A stretch of DNA of 63,505 bases, counting the filler, from Thraustochytrium aureum (Eukaryota): assembly GCA_012862495.1 (NCBI GenBank). It is 7 parts of 5 records of this genome, joined end to end, with 100 filler letters (N's around TTAATTAATTAA, not from the genome) between each part and the next. Parts side by side here need not be neighbours in the genome. Positions count along the whole stretch, not along the records: positions 1 to 24,791 come from BLSG01000182.1; positions 24,892 to 44,107 come from BLSG01000182.1; 5 more parts are not named here. One strand, 5' to 3'. Position numbers and translations under genes: made by a program. The notes under the pieces were generated by a model that was not told the origin of the DNA, did not search any database, and was given only the letters and a program-made list of their open reading frames with translations. How positions within the stretch are numbered: the first letter of the stretch is position 1; each line of letters opens with the position of its first letter. Below are positions 12,251 through 24,935 of the stretch, in pieces.

Positions 12251-13432
12251 GTCGCCGCCCTTCTGCAGCAGCAGCTGCTGCTTCTCGTTGCTGGCTGGCC
12301 GGCTGGCTGAACCAGCGGCTGCTGCTCGATGCCGGTTGACTGCTACTTACGCAGAGTACCCTGTCTGCCGCTGATGATGTGGTTGCTGCGCTGCGATCGA
12401 AACCAACTCTGCCGCGCGCGCATTCGTCGTCAATCAGTCATCATCAGTCAGAGTAAAGTCATTCGATCATCATCATCATCTTTCATCGTCGCGCGCAGTA
12501 GGTAGCATGCACATGTCACATCCTGGCAGNNNNNNNNNNNNNNNNNNNNNNNNNNNNNNNNNNNNNNNNNNNNNNNNNNNNNNNNNNNNNNNNNNNNNNN
12601 NNNNNNNNNNNNNNNNNNNNNNNNNNNNNNNNNNNNNNNNNNNNNNNNNNNNNNNNNNNNNNNNNNNNNNNNNNNNNNNNNNNNNNNNNNNNNNNNNNNN
12701 NNNNNNNNNNNNNNNNNNNNNNNNNNNNNNNNNNNNNNNNNNNNNNNNNNNNNNNNNNNNNNNNNNNNNNNNNNNNNNNNNNNNNNNNNNNNNNNNNNNN
12801 NNNNNNNNNNNNNNNNNNNNNNNNNNNNNNNNNNNNNNNNNNNNNNNNNNNNNNNNNNNNNNNNNNNNNNNNNNNNNNNNNNNNNNNNNNNNNNNNNNNN
12901 NNNNNNNNNNNNNNNNNNNNNNNNNNNNNNNNNNNNNNNNNNNNNNNNNNNNNNNNNNNNNNNNNNNNNNNNNNNNNNNNNNNNNNNNNNNNNNNNNNNN
13001 NNNNNNNNNNNNNNNNNNNNNNNNNNNNNNNNNNNNNNNNNNNNNNNNNNNNNNNNNNNNNNNNNNNNNNNNNNNNNNNNNNNNNNNNNNNNNNNNNNNN
13101 NNNNNNNNNNNNNNNNNNNNNNNNNNNNNNNNNNNNNNNNNNNNNNNNNNNNNNNNNNNNNNNNNNNNNNNNNNNNNNNNNNNNNNNNNNNNNNNNNNNN
13201 NNNNNNNNNNNNNNNNNNNNNNNNNNNNNNNNNNNNNNNNNNNNNNNNNNNNNNNNNNNNNNNNNNNNNNNNNNNNNNNNNNNNNNNNNNNNNNNNNNNN
13301 NNNNNNNNNNNNNNNNNNNNNNNNNNNNNNNNNNNNNNNNNNNNNNNNNNNNNNNNNNNNNNNNNNNNNNNNNNNNNNNNNNNNNNNNNNNNNNNNNNNN
13401 NNNNNNNNNNNNNNNNNNNNNNNNNNNNNNNN

Positions 13433-15033
13433 ACTCGCAGTTCGTGCGCGGCCAAATCGAGCTCACAGACACGACCGACGTGACGCTGACGCCCGAGACG
13501 AGCGAGATCAAGATCGTGATCCCAGGGAAAACCTACTATGTGCGGCCGACCCAGGCAAAGGGCAAGAACGCGGCCGAGGTCAAGATCGAGGTGGGCCAGT
13601 GGTACACCGCGATCCGCCGAGCAATCAAGGACGTCTGGGACATGCAGCGCAGCCGAAACAGCGGCGTTGCGCAATCCCTGCGGCGCTCAAACGATACCAA
13701 GCTCGAGCAGTGCCCAGACACCCTGCAGGAGGTCCTGGACTCGCGGCTGCACCGCAAAAACTTTCGGCTCTTCTGCGAGTTCAGCCACGCCTCAGAGAAC
13801 CTCGACTTTTACGAAAAGGTCGAGGAGTACGAGGCCAAGTACGTCGCGGTGGTCGGCGCGGCGCGTAGCAACGCCGACAGGCGGTCTTCCGGCTCGATCG
13901 CGGCGACGCTCGGGCGCCTGTCGGCCCGCCGCTCCTCGCGTCCCAACGTGCCAAAGGACTTGCGCGTGCTGGGCCGGGCGATTGTCTCCGCGCACGTGGC
14001 AGAGGGCTCCGCGGAACAAGTCAACTTGTCGGATGGCAGCCGCTCCTACGTGATGGACCTCGTCAGCAAGCTGGGCGACAAGGCCTTCACGCCCGACCTC
14101 TTCGCCAAGGCCAAGGCGGAGATCTTTCAGCTCATGGAGACCAACTTCTTCATGCGCTTCCATCGCGAAGAGCAGCGCAAGACCGGCTGCTTTAGCCAGC
14201 TCTACGGCAAGGACGGCATGCGGGGCTACGAGCTCGTCCTGGGCCACTTTGGCAAGGTCAAGACCGATCTGGACCGGCTCTTGGACCTCTATCAGCTTCG
14301 GATCGACCAGGTCGAGGCGCAGCTGCGCGTGCTGCGCCGGGCGCTTCACATTTCGAACGATGTGGCCATCCCTTCGCTGCGCACCACCCGCGAAGCCGCA
14401 GAGCAGATCTTCCGCAGCAGCGCGGTGCGCATCCAGGGCCTCACCGAGTTCAAGACGCAGCTCAACGAGCACGTCCACTTCCCGCTCACATGGCTGAAAA
14501 AGTCGATCGAGCTGCAGCTTGAGTCGATCATTAACGCCGTTCAAGACGCCGTCGACCTCGTCGACGCAGCGAAATCGGGCGTGGACGAGGCGCGAGTCCG
14601 CCACCAGGAGCTCCAGGTGCTGAACCGCCAGAGCCAGCAAGACGACTTCCCCACAGAGGCGGCGCTCGAAACCCTGCGCCGCTTCAACGTAGATGCCGAC
14701 AAAGTCGCCGACGCGATGCGGCAGGCCGAGGCGGCCATCCCAGTCTGCGAAATGGCGCACACCCGCATCGCGAAGGAGCTGGAGGACAAGGTAATCGACT
14801 CGCTCGACAAGCTCGAGTCTTTGGAGCTGCATCGCCTCGAGTCGCAGCAGCGGGCAATCAAGCACGCCGTTGAGGCGGAGAAGGCCTTCTTTGAGTCGTT
14901 GCACAAAGAGGCGGTCGTGTGCGAGGCCGTGATCAACAAGGTCAACCCAGCCGCTGATCTTCAGCGCTTCGTCGCCGACTTTACAAGTAAATTGCACATT
15001 GCGCAGGATGCGGCGGGAGCGGACGAAGTGTGA
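13433..15033 (+). CDS. PH (partial) + RGS + F-BAR-like protein; 5' end in gap
   Basis: PH tail KTYYVRP...QWYTAIRRAI. RGS: LQEVL...FRLFCEFSHASENLDFY...EQVNLS...LFAKAKAEIFQLMETNFFMRF. FCH/F-BAR-like start (GYELVLGHFGKVKTDLDRLLDLYQLR) and end (LESLELHRL...VNPAADLQRFV). Confidence 0.78.
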
Positions 15034-15231
15034 ACGGCCAGCGGCCTCTCCTTCCACTGGCTGAGCTGATTCAACGCGTGCCTGTTTGATTCTGTCGCGC
15101 AAATCCCATAGATTTATCATTGTTTTCGACTCGCTCCTCCCTGCGCGTGCTCGATGCGGGCACTCGCTCGTGCCAAAAGGCACCTGGGTGCAGCGCAACG
15201 CTCGAAAACGCGCACAGAAGTCCCAGAGAGC

Positions 15232-15719
15232 CTAAACGCGCACGAACGTGTGGAGCACGTTCACGAGTGGCCAGCCCACGGCGTTGCGCACGCACACTGT
15301 GCCGTCGAAGCCGCGGCGCCACCATGTCGCGTCGCTCGCCTCAGCCCCCAAGGCTCTGAGTTGGCTGATCGAATACGTCGTGAGAGGAGTTGCGGTGCCG
15401 TTCGAGCGGTTCAAGGCTTCCACGCGCACGCTGCTCACGTACCCTGTTTGCTCATCGGCGAACACGTGCACGCGCTCGGCGCCAAGAACAGCTGGCCTGT
15501 CTTGCACCACCCAGTGGCCAGGCCCGATCCTGATCAGCCTGTCGGCCGGCGGGAGCACACCGGCCAGACCCTCGTCCATGTCTTCCTGAAGCAGCACCGC
15601 CCGTTCGCACCTGCCGAACGCAGCGCGCCACTCCAGCCCAGCCCCATAGTCGCGAACAAGCACGACGGGGTTCTCCGCGACCTCCTCCACCCTGACCCTG
15701 CCCAGCTCCGCATCCACCT
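15232..15719 (-). CDS. Hypothetical protein, C-terminal fragment (5' end in gap; may continue to about 15071 via a frameshift)
   Basis: 161-codon open frame from the gap edge with protein-like composition, convergent with the RGS gene. No family recognised. Confidence 0.4.
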
Positions 15720-16636
15720 NNNNNNNNNNNNNNNNNNNNNNNNNNNNNNNNNNNNNNNNNNNNNNNNNNNNNNNNNNNNNNNNNNNNNNNNNNNNNNNNN
15801 NNNNNNNNNNNNNNNNNNNNNNNNNNNNNNNNNNNNNNNNNNNNNNNNNNNNNNNNNNNNNNNNNNNNNNNNNNNNNNNNNNNNNNNNNNNNNNNNNNNN
15901 NNNNNNNNNNNNNNNNNNNNNNNNNNNNNNNNNNNNNNNNNNNNNNNNNNNNNNNNNNNNNNNNNNNNNNNNNNNNNNNNNNNNNNNNNNNNNNNNNNNN
16001 NNNNNNNNNNNNNNNNNNNNNNNNNNNNNNNNNNNNNNNNNNNNNNNNNNNNNNNNNNNNNNNNNNNNNNNNNNNNNNNNNNNNNNNNNNNNNNNNNNNN
16101 NNNNNNNNNNNNNNNNNNNNNNNNNNNNNNNNNNNNNNNNNNNNNNNNNNNNNNNNNNNNNNNNNNNNNNNNNNNNNNNNNNNNNNNNNNNNNNNNNNNN
16201 NNNNNNNNNNNNNNNNNNNNNNNNNNNNNNNNNNNNNNNNNNNNNNNNNNNNNNNNNNNNNNNNNNNNNNNNNNNNNNNNNNNNNNNNNNNNNNNNNNNN
16301 NNNNNNNNNNNNNNNNNNNNNNNNNNNNNNNNNNNNNNNNNNNNNNNNNNNNNNNNNNNNNNNNNNNNNNNNNNNNNNNNNNNNNNNNNNNNNNNNNNNN
16401 NNNNNNNNNNNNNNNNNNNNNNNNNNNNNNNNNNNNNNNNNNNNNNNNNNNNNNNNNNNNNNNNNNNNNNNNNNNNNNNNNNNNNNNNNNNNNACGCCAG
16501 GCTCGCGCGAGCGCCCTGTGCAGGCCAGACAGGACGGGTGAAGCGCGCGCCAGGCTCGCGCGAGCGCCGTGTGCCCTAGAGGCAGGCTGGCAAGCAGGTA
16601 GCTGTGGCTTGTGTTGGGTGCAGAAGGAGGAGAAGG

Positions 16637-17566
16637 ATGTGCAGGTGGCGGTGTACATGGCGGCGAGGGATGAGCACAAGGTGCTGCTGGCAGACCTCAT
16701 GTTTCGTAGCGAGAATGGACTGACCAGGCAGTCGTTCAACGCGGGGAGCAACCTGCCCGGGTTTTGCGCGACGAACAATGCGAGGATTAACGCGGATGGG
16801 TTTGGCCTCGGGTGGTACCACTCGCACGGGACGAGCCCGTCGCTCTTCAAGAGCAACATGCCGCTGTGGGGCGATTGCAACGCGCGCGAGATTTCATTGA
16901 GCATCAAGACGAGGTGCGCGTTTGGCCACGTGCGCGCGGCGGCGCCCGGCGCGTCCATCTCGCAGGACAACTGCCACCCGTTCAAGTTTGGCTCGCTGAT
17001 GTTCCAGCACAACGGGCACATCGAGCAGTTCTCGCGCATTCGGCAACGCCTCGTGCAGCAATTGACGCCCGAGGCGTTTAGCAACGTGCGCGGTGTCACG
17101 GACACCGAGTACGCCTTTGCGCTCCTCATCAGCAACTTGGCAAACCCGAGCGCAGAGTGGTTCAAGCCCGCCGAGTTGGAGGAGGCGATGACAGCGATGA
17201 TTCAGCAGATCTGCGAGCTTTTGGCCGCAGAAGGAATCACGGGCGGGTTCACCACGCTCAACTGCGCGCTGACGGACGGGAACACCTGCGTCGTGACTCG
17301 CTTCTGCGACAAGGCGCCAGAGATCCCGGCCCCCTCGCTCTATTTCTCCCTCGAGACGGCAGACACGTTTGCCGAGCTGTTGCAGACCGTGCAGCCCGAG
17401 GCAGGGCCAGGCAACGGCCCGGATCACGCGGCGCCTGGGGACGGCTCGAGGGCCGCGTCGCGGCCCCCCTCTAATTCTCTCTCAGGCTCGGCGGCGGTTG
17501 GGCCGAGGCCCGAAGCGGCCACGAGCCTTGAGGAGATCGGCAAGAGGCAGAAGGCCCTGCGCGTCC
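16637..17566 (+). CDS. Class II glutamine amidotransferase, DUG3/EgtC-like Ntn hydrolase; 3' end in gap
   Basis: ATG-TGC-AGG (MCR, Ntn nucleophile Cys) at 16637 needs a 1-base correction near 16646. Then NADGFGLGWY, FGHVRAA, NCHPF, FQHNG, GVTDTE. Confidence 0.87.
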
Positions 17567-18218
17567 NNNNNNNNNNNNNNNNNNNNNNNNNNNNNNNNNN
17601 NNNNNNNNNNNNNNNNNNNNNNNNNNNNNNNNNNNNNNNNNNNNNNNNNNNNNNNNNNNNNNNNNNNNNNNNNNNNNNNNNNNNNNNNNNNNNNNNNNNN
17701 NNNNNNNNNNNNNNNNNNNNNNNNNNNNNNNNNNNNNNNNNNNNNNNNNNNNNNNNNNNNNNNNNNNNNNNNNNNNNNNNNNNNNNNNNNNNNNNNNNNN
17801 NNNNNNNNNNNNNNNNNNNNNNNNNNNNNNNNNNNNNNNNNNNNNNNNNNNNNNNNNNNNNNNNNNNNNNNNNNNNNNNNNNNNNNNNNNNNNNNNNNNN
17901 NNNNNNNNNNNNNNNNNNNNNNNNNNNNNNNNNNNNNNNNNNNNNNNNNNNNNNNNNNNNNNNNNNNNNNNNNNNNNNNNNNNNNNNNNNNNNNNNNNNN
18001 NNNNNNNNNNNNNNNNNNNNNNNNNNNNNNNNNNNNNNNNNNNNNNNNNNNNNNNNNNNNNNNNNNNNNNNNNNNNNNNNNNNNNNNNNNNNNNNNNNNN
18101 NNNNNNNNNNNNNNNNNNNNNNNNNNNNNNNNNNNNNNNNNNNNNNNNNNNNNNNNNNNNNNNNNNNNNNNNNNNNNNNNNNNNNNNNNNNNNNNNNNNN
18201 NNNNNNNNNNNNNNNNNN

Positions 18219-20678
18219 TGTCGAGAAAAGAGGCTCAACGTTCGGCAGCCGCAGACGCATTGGAGCGTCGTCTTCGATGCCAACCCCAGCGCACCTGCGC
18301 ACAGAGGGCCTTTCCGCCGCGCCCTCCGAAGCACGAGCGAGATGCGTCGGATCGAGGCAGCTGGTGGAGACCTGCAACTCGAGCGTGCCCGCCTTGCTGT
18401 CCAACGTGTATCGCAACGACAAGCGACGAGCAGCAGAGCCAATGTACCCGAGGGAGCGGCCGTCATCCAAGTAGACTTCTCCCGACCCGTTCGACGACGA
18501 GTCGTCCAAAAACACGACCCAGTCGAGCGCCGCGTACTTGGGGTTTCCAGCCATGCCGAGCGTCGACCCGTACGCTTTCAAGTTGACTTCAGGGAGCGCT
18601 GCGCCGGCACGGACCAAAACGGGGACTTGGTCGAGCTCGTAGGCGAGCTCGACGAGCCGCGGGCCCGCGAACCGGGCTCCCGAGCTGCGTTCGATCCAGG
18701 TTCCAGGGGGCACCCACACGGTTTTCTTGGCAATCGCTGCTGTCGCAGCTTCCACAATCGGGGCCACCGTGAGGTCCGGGCCGAGCATGTACTGCGAGCG
18801 CTTGCCCGTCGCCTCGCAGGAGGCAAAGGCTTCATCCTCCCCCGGGAAGGCGTAGTACATGGGTCGCAGAGGGGCGAGGCCGGTGTCGAAAAACGCCCGT
18901 AGCGCAGTGTACAGGTACGGCAACAGGCGCGCCCGGTCGTGCAAGGCCTGGCGCGCCGCACGAAGCATCACCGATGGCAGCTGCCATGGGTACCCGATGG
19001 TGCAAGTGTTGGAAAGCGGCGTCTCGGGAAAGGTAGAGTCGCATCTGCCAGCCGACAATCCGCGTTCATGGAAGCGAAGTATGGGTGAATAAGCGCCCCA
19101 CTGGATCCAGCGCAGCGTCAACTCCGGCTCGAGGCTTGGTCCTGTGATGTCGTGGCTCCACAGCCCGTACGCCACGTTCGCGGCCGTCGCGGTGAAGTAT
19201 GGCTGGTACGCTAGGCGGCTCCAGCTGAGCTGGTCGACGTCGGCTGAAAAGCCAACCTGGTAGCGGTGGTTGCCCAGGCCGCCCCAGCGACCGAGGACCA
19301 TGTCGCGCTGGTCCAGTCCCCGCCGCACGCTCCTGAGCGCGCGGATACGGTTGAGCCAAATGGTCGGGTTGTGCTTGCCCCCTTGCAGCCACCCTTCTTG
19401 CCGCCTTGCTGCCAGTCAATCCACCAGTGGTCAAAGCCGGCGGAGCCGAGGCGGAGCTGGTCCAGTACGATGTCCTCGAGCGCAAAAGCAGCCTGGCGGT
19501 CGCTGCAGCTTGCGAAGTTCACGGTGGCGTTTGGATCGCGCTGCAAGGCCCGCGCCAAGTCGGCATGCGCGGATTCGTGCGGTGCCACGCCGTTGGCGTC
19601 GTGCAGGTTGGCTAGCCACGTCAAGCTGTGGCGCTCCTTGAGCGGGCCGAGCGTCTCTTCGGGGTGTGGAAACAGCGCGCGGTCCCACGAGTACCCGGTC
19701 CCTGCGGCCAGTCCCATGCCGAGCTCGGACCGTCAGCCAGGCCGCCTCGCTTCGCCGCCACGACCGATCGCCAGCGACCAACTTACAGTCGTGTTTCGTG
19801 TGCCAGTTCATGTCGAGCACAACCACGTCGAGCGGCAGCTCGTGCCGCGCAAAATCGTCAACAATCTCGGCGAGATCGTCTTGGGCAAAGTCGTACCAGC
19901 GCGTCCACCAGAGCCCAAGCGCGCTGCGCGGCACCATGGCCGGCCGACCGCCGACAAGTGCAAAGTCCCGCAGCGCGCCCGCAAAATCGAGACCGTGCCC
20001 AAAAAAGTACAGGTCGTCGCTGGCGCGGCGCGAAGCGGGTGCGGCCTCCCACCAGTCGTCCGCTTCGTTGAGCGTGGGCGTGTCGCCATCGGCGACCACT
20101 GCGTAGCCGGAGCGGCTTACAATGCCGGCGGTGCAGTGCAGCGACTCGTCGTGGACCTCGAGGCTTCCTGCGCCAAGCGAGCAGTTGAGGTCGATCGGGC
20201 CAATGTTGTCCAGGCTGCGGATCGTGCCCAGCAGGTTGCGCGGATCTTGCTGGCCAAAGCGCCACTCCGTAAAGCCGGCGCGCGGGTCGCCCTTCCGAGG
20301 CTGCGGTCGCACGCGGAGCGACTCGCTCGAGAAGGTCGCATTCACCTTGAACTCAACGTGCAGGAACGCGGTGGCCACGTGCAGCCACCCCTGTTCGTCC
20401 ACCCGCGCCTCGAACGTCGCTGCCGGCTGCACATTCCGATGCACAAACGCGAGCGTCGCCCGGTCGCTAAACCCGCCCTTGTCGCCTGCCTGCTCCATGC
20501 GCACAAGCCTCTCCGTTAGCACAGTGAAGCGCGCCTTGCCGCACGGCGACACCACGACGCTCGACTTGGCCGCGACGGGGTCATACTCCAAAACCTCGCC
20601 AAGCCCGCCGTTGCAGAATCCAAGCAGGCCCAGTGCGCTCAACAGCAGCGCCAGCACAGCCTCCAACCGCTTCCCCAT
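18219..20678 (-). CDS. Secreted glycoside hydrolase family 31 (alpha-glucosidase/xylosidase-like), one intron; 3' end in gap
   Basis: Signal peptide MGKRLEAVLALLLSALGLLG; DLYFFGHG, LGLWWTRW, PLDVVVLDMNWH, nucleophile region WWIDWQQG, HRYQVGFSAD, WSHDITG, RWIQWGAYSPILRFH. Intron 19702-19786; homopolymer indel at 19378-19382. Confidence 0.93.
19702..19786 (-). other. Spliceosomal intron (85 nt, phase 1) in the GH31 gene
   Basis: GTAAGT donor, CTGAC branch point, CAG acceptor. Splicing restores the conserved HDWTGYSWD. Confidence 0.9.
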
Positions 20679-21220
20679 CCCAGCGAGCCTCGCGCGCAGC
20701 CCGTCGCAAGTCTGTCACCAGGAAGTGAAAGATACTGCTGGCCGGAAGTGGCTACTAGTAAGTACTCGCTAAATGAGNNNNNNNNNNNNNNNNNNNNNNN
20801 NNNNNNNNNNNNNNNNNNNNNNNNNNNNNNNNNNNNNNNNNNNNNNNNNNNNNNNNNNNNNNNNNNNNNNNNNNNNNNNNNNNNCCGCGTCCCGTCTGTC
20901 CGACATCGCCTGGCACCTCGCAGGGTCGGAAGCACGTCCTTGCCAAACGAAAGCATCTTGTGCAGTGTGGCGGACGCGACTCTAGAGGTAGCGACGCCGC
21001 ACGCGAGCGGGCTGGGGAGCAGACTCTGCAGCAGTCCTCGAACGCAAGCGAGGCCGTAGAGCTGCCAGAAGGTCCGTTCGGCGATTGGTGGGCTGGGCTG
21101 CCAGCCAATCCGAGCCAGAGCCGAGACTCTTGTTCTCAACGGGTTTCGCAGGTCCTCCAACCCGGTGTCGTCGTCGTCGTCGAGGTGGTTGTCGTCGTGG
21201 ACGCAGCAGGATTGGCGGAA

Positions 21221-23427
21221 ATGGCCGATGCCATGCCGACGAGAAGCGACTCGCCCGAGTTTGTGAACGCCGCTCTTGCTGCGCCGGATGGGTACTCGAT
21301 GGCCGACCTGTGGGAGCGGACGTGCGACCGCGTCGCAGCGCGGCCCGCGTTTGTCTACGTGGGGTGCGAGCTGTTCCCAGAGCGGACTTTGACGTTTGCC
21401 CAGGTTGATGCCCTGGCCAACCAGGTGGCGCACTGGGCGAGCCGCGAAGAAGGGCTCGTGTGCGGCGACACGGTGGCCCTGTACATGGAGAACCGCATTG
21501 AGTACGTGGCGCTCTGGCTGGGGCTCTGCAAGATCGGCGTGAGGACCGCGTTCATCAACAACACGATCAAACTGCACCCGCTCGTACACTCGGTAGCCAT
21601 CTCTGGCGCAAAGCTGCTGGTTTTTGGCCCGGAGCTGAGCGACCAGGTCGCCGCTGTGGCCCGCGAGCTGGTGCGCAAGCACGGGATCGAAAGCGTGGCG
21701 ATGGGCGGTGCGACCACCTTTGCGCGGTCTGCGGATGCCGCCATCCTCAAGCAGGACGTCGCTCGGCCAGCACGCGAGGCGCGCCGCGGTGTGCGCTTCA
21801 CTGACGTGTTTGGGTACGTCTACACGAGCGGGACGACTGGGCTACCGAAAGCTGTCAACGTGACGCATCTCAAGCAGTGGGCTTTTGCGTCTGGATACGG
21901 CGACTTGATCAGCGAGCAAGACGTCTTGTACAGCGCAGGAATGCCCCTGTACCACAGCTCGGCTGGAGGGATCGGGACGGGCATGGTGATTCACTATGGG
22001 TGCTGCCAGGTGATCCGGCGCAAGTTTTCTGCTGGGGCATGGCTTGACGATGTGCGCCGCTACGGCGCCACGGCGTGCCAGTACATTGGCGAGCTGTGCC
22101 GCTACGTCCACGCCCAACCGCGACGGCCTGAGGACGCAGACAACAAGCTGCGCCTTGCCACCGGCAACGGGCTTTCGAAAGAGATCTGGGTCGACTTTCA
22201 GAGCGCTTCGGAATTGACAACATCCGCGAGTTTTACGGCTCCACCGAGGGCAACGGCGCGTTTCGCAACACTGTCCGTCTCGAGGACCTCCGGAAGGGAA
22301 ACACCATCGCAGTTGGCTGCATTGGCCGCATTCGGCCGGGCTCCAAGCGCGTGCGTTTCGTGCGCTACGACGTCGACAGGGACGACGTGGTCCGAGGCCA
22401 AGACGGTGCGCTCGTGGACTCCGCGCCGGGTGAGCCAGGCGAGTGCATTTTCCTGGTGCGCGAAGATTCCCCAGGGTCCAAGTTCGTGGGCTACACAGAC
22501 CCCAGCGCAACAACGAAAAAGCTCTTGGAGGACCGCGGCTCGACCTATGTTCGGACCGGCGATCTCCTCGCGTGCGACGCGCAGGGCTGGGTGCGCTTTG
22601 TGGACCGCATCGGGGACACGTTTCGCTGGCGCGGGGAGAACGTATCTACGTTTGAGGTCGCTTCGGAGATCTCGAGATGCGAGATCGTCCAGGAGGCAAA
22701 CGTGTTTGGCGTTCTCGTTCCGCACGTCGAGGGTCGTGCCGGCATGGCGGCCATCGTCCTCACGCCGGACGCGCCTGCGGACCGTGCCCAAGCTGTGCAG
22801 CGCGTCCTTGAGCACGCCAGGGCCTCTCTCCCTTCATATGCTGTACCGGTCTTTGTGCGGGTCCAAGAGGCGACGACCACGACGCAAACGTTCAAGCACC
22901 AAAAGGTCCAACTCCGCAAGGAAGGCATTGACCCGACCAAGATGGGGCGCGACGAGCTGTNNNNNNNNNNNNNNNNNNNNNNNNNNNNNNNNNNNNNNNN
23001 NNNNNNNNNNNNNNNNNNNNNNNNNNNNNNNNNNNNNNNNNNNNNNNNNNNNNNNNNNNNNNNNNNNNNNNNNNNNNNNNNNNNNNNNNNNNNNNNNNNN
23101 NNNNNNNNNNNNNNNNNNNNNNNNNNNNNNNNNNNNNNNNNNNNNNNNNNNNNNNNNNNNNNNNNNNNNNNNNNNNNNNNNNNNNNNNNNNNNNNNNNNN
23201 NNNNNNNNNNNNNNNNNNNNNNNNNNNNNNNNNNNNNNNNNNNNNNNNNNNNNNNNNNNNNNNNNNNNNNNNNNNNNNNNNNNNNNNNNNNNNNNNNNNN
23301 NNNNNNGATGGGGCGCGACGAGCTGTTCTGGCTCAACCCGGACTCGAGGCAGTACGAGCTGTTCACCGAGGCCAAGCTGCGCGAGCTGGAGCGTCCGCCA
23401 GCAGGCGCCGGCCGTGCTCGCCTGTAG
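21221..23427 (+). CDS. Fatty acid transport protein / very-long-chain acyl-CoA synthetase (SLC27/FAT1 family), C-terminal PTS1 ARL
   Basis: YVYTSGTTGLPKA, QYIGELCRY, EFYGSTEGN (after a 1-base correction near 22201), RTGDLL, FVDRIGDTFRWRGENVST, EGRAGMA. Ends ARL-stop. Confidence 0.93.
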
Positions 23428-23832
23428 GGCCCGGCCCGGTGGCGAGGCGTCGTTTGCGAAGGCGAACTGCATCTCGCGAGGCGTGGTTCGTGAAATGCTG
23501 CGTCGTGCTGGAGGGAACCTGCTACGAGTACTCACCTAAAGATAGAACTAACAAGGGACGTTCGCAGCGCTCCGCCACCTCGCCCTCCTTAGTCAGAGAT
23601 TGAGATTGAGCTTGAGCACGAGAGAGCTTGGGCTTGAAGTTGACGGCCGGCGCTCCCTTTCAAATGACAGCAACTTGAAGGGCATGCCTCACGCGCTGCG
23701 CACGGCCACCTTCGGCCCAGAACTGCGATCGCCAGGTGAAAACGCCCGCGAGCTTCGCTCCAAGCAAACAAACGGAAATCGAGACAACCTGTGACTGCGC
23801 TCCGCCAAAAGACTTGGAGCCATTTCTGCAAG

Positions 23833-24791
23833 CTAATTAATGGCCAAGGTCTGCTTCCCAAACAGGTCAAGCGTGAGCGTGCTGAGGAACGCAGGCACCG
23901 AGTTACACTTGGTCAGATAAGCAAACGTGTTCTCGTCGAGCTCGCGGCAGAAGGGCGTTTCCAAAAGCTCCAGGCCCCCGCCCTCTCCAGCAGGGTTCCA
24001 CTGAAAGAGGATCTCGTCGTCCGGCTTCTCCGCGTACATGGAGCGCAGCCGCAGCTGCGGCTTGTGCTCCTTGTCCATCATGTCGATCTTGAAGCCGGTC
24101 AACAGGTAAACGGCTTCCTTGAATGCGCGCGTCTTCTCCTTGAACATTTGCTTGAGGCGCTCGCTACGTTTGTTAGGATCCAAGCCTGCGCCGTCTTCGG
24201 CCGAGGCAGCGGCGGTGCTACTTGCTGTTGCGCTCGTGCTCTCGCCCAGCGCCTTGGTCTGCGGGTTTAGCGCGAGGTGCAGGATCTTGGTCTTGGCCGG
24301 GTTGAACATGCCCGCGTTGATCTGCGACTGGAGCTTGACAATCTCGTCCTGCGCTCTATCCAGCTCTTGCTCCAGCTTTTGGTTGCTCGCCTCAAGCGCG
24401 GCGATGCGCTCTTGCTTTTCGCCCAGTTGCGTCGACTTGGTGCGCAGAACAGCGGGCGAGAGCCCGGCGGCGAGCTGCTGCGACTGCGCGCTTTCCAGCT
24501 CCTTGATTCGCGCGTGAGCGGCAGCGAGGTTTGCCTGCAGCGCTTCAAGGTCCCGCGCGTGCTTTTCCTGAAGCTCGCGGACGGCGTCGGAGCCCTGTTG
24601 CCCCTTGGGAAGGGTCGCGTAACCATCGCCCGAGACGCCGTCCACCATCCGAAGGAGCGTGTCGCGCTCCTTGGTCAGGAAAACGATGCGTCGCTCCAGC
24701 TCGGTGCACTGGTCTTGCTGCTGAGCGACGCGCTGCCCGAGCTTGGCGCGCGCCCCGTCGGCGCCTTTCGCCTGCGCCTCGGCCGCCTCGA
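23833..24791 (-). CDS. MAD1: Spindle assembly checkpoint protein MAD1, C-terminal part
   Basis: Long coiled coil, Mad2-interaction motif KILHLALNP, RLK motif, FKEAVYLLTGFKID, LRSMYAE, PAFLSTLTLDLF. Confidence 0.92.
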
Positions 24792-24891
24792 NNNNNNNNN
24801 NNNNNNNNNNNNNNNNNNNNNNNNNNNNNNNNNNNTTAATTAATTAANNNNNNNNNNNNNNNNNNNNNNNNNNNNNNNNNNNNNNNNNNNN
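24792..24891. other. Artificial scaffold-joining spacer (N44-TTAATTAATTAA-N44)
   Basis: The 12-mer has stops in all six frames and is flanked by 44 Ns. Identical cores at 24836, 44152, 46202, 57917, 59079 and 61503. Confidence 0.97.
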
Positions 24892-24935
24892 TGTTCTTTG
24901 CTTTAAATAGTTCATTGTTCTTCGCTAGGTGGAGC

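Noticed and set aside
24836..24847. Recurrent TTAATTAATTAA as a biological motif (e.g. piggyBac TTAA target)
   Set aside because: Always centred in exactly 44+44 Ns, so it is an artificial linker.
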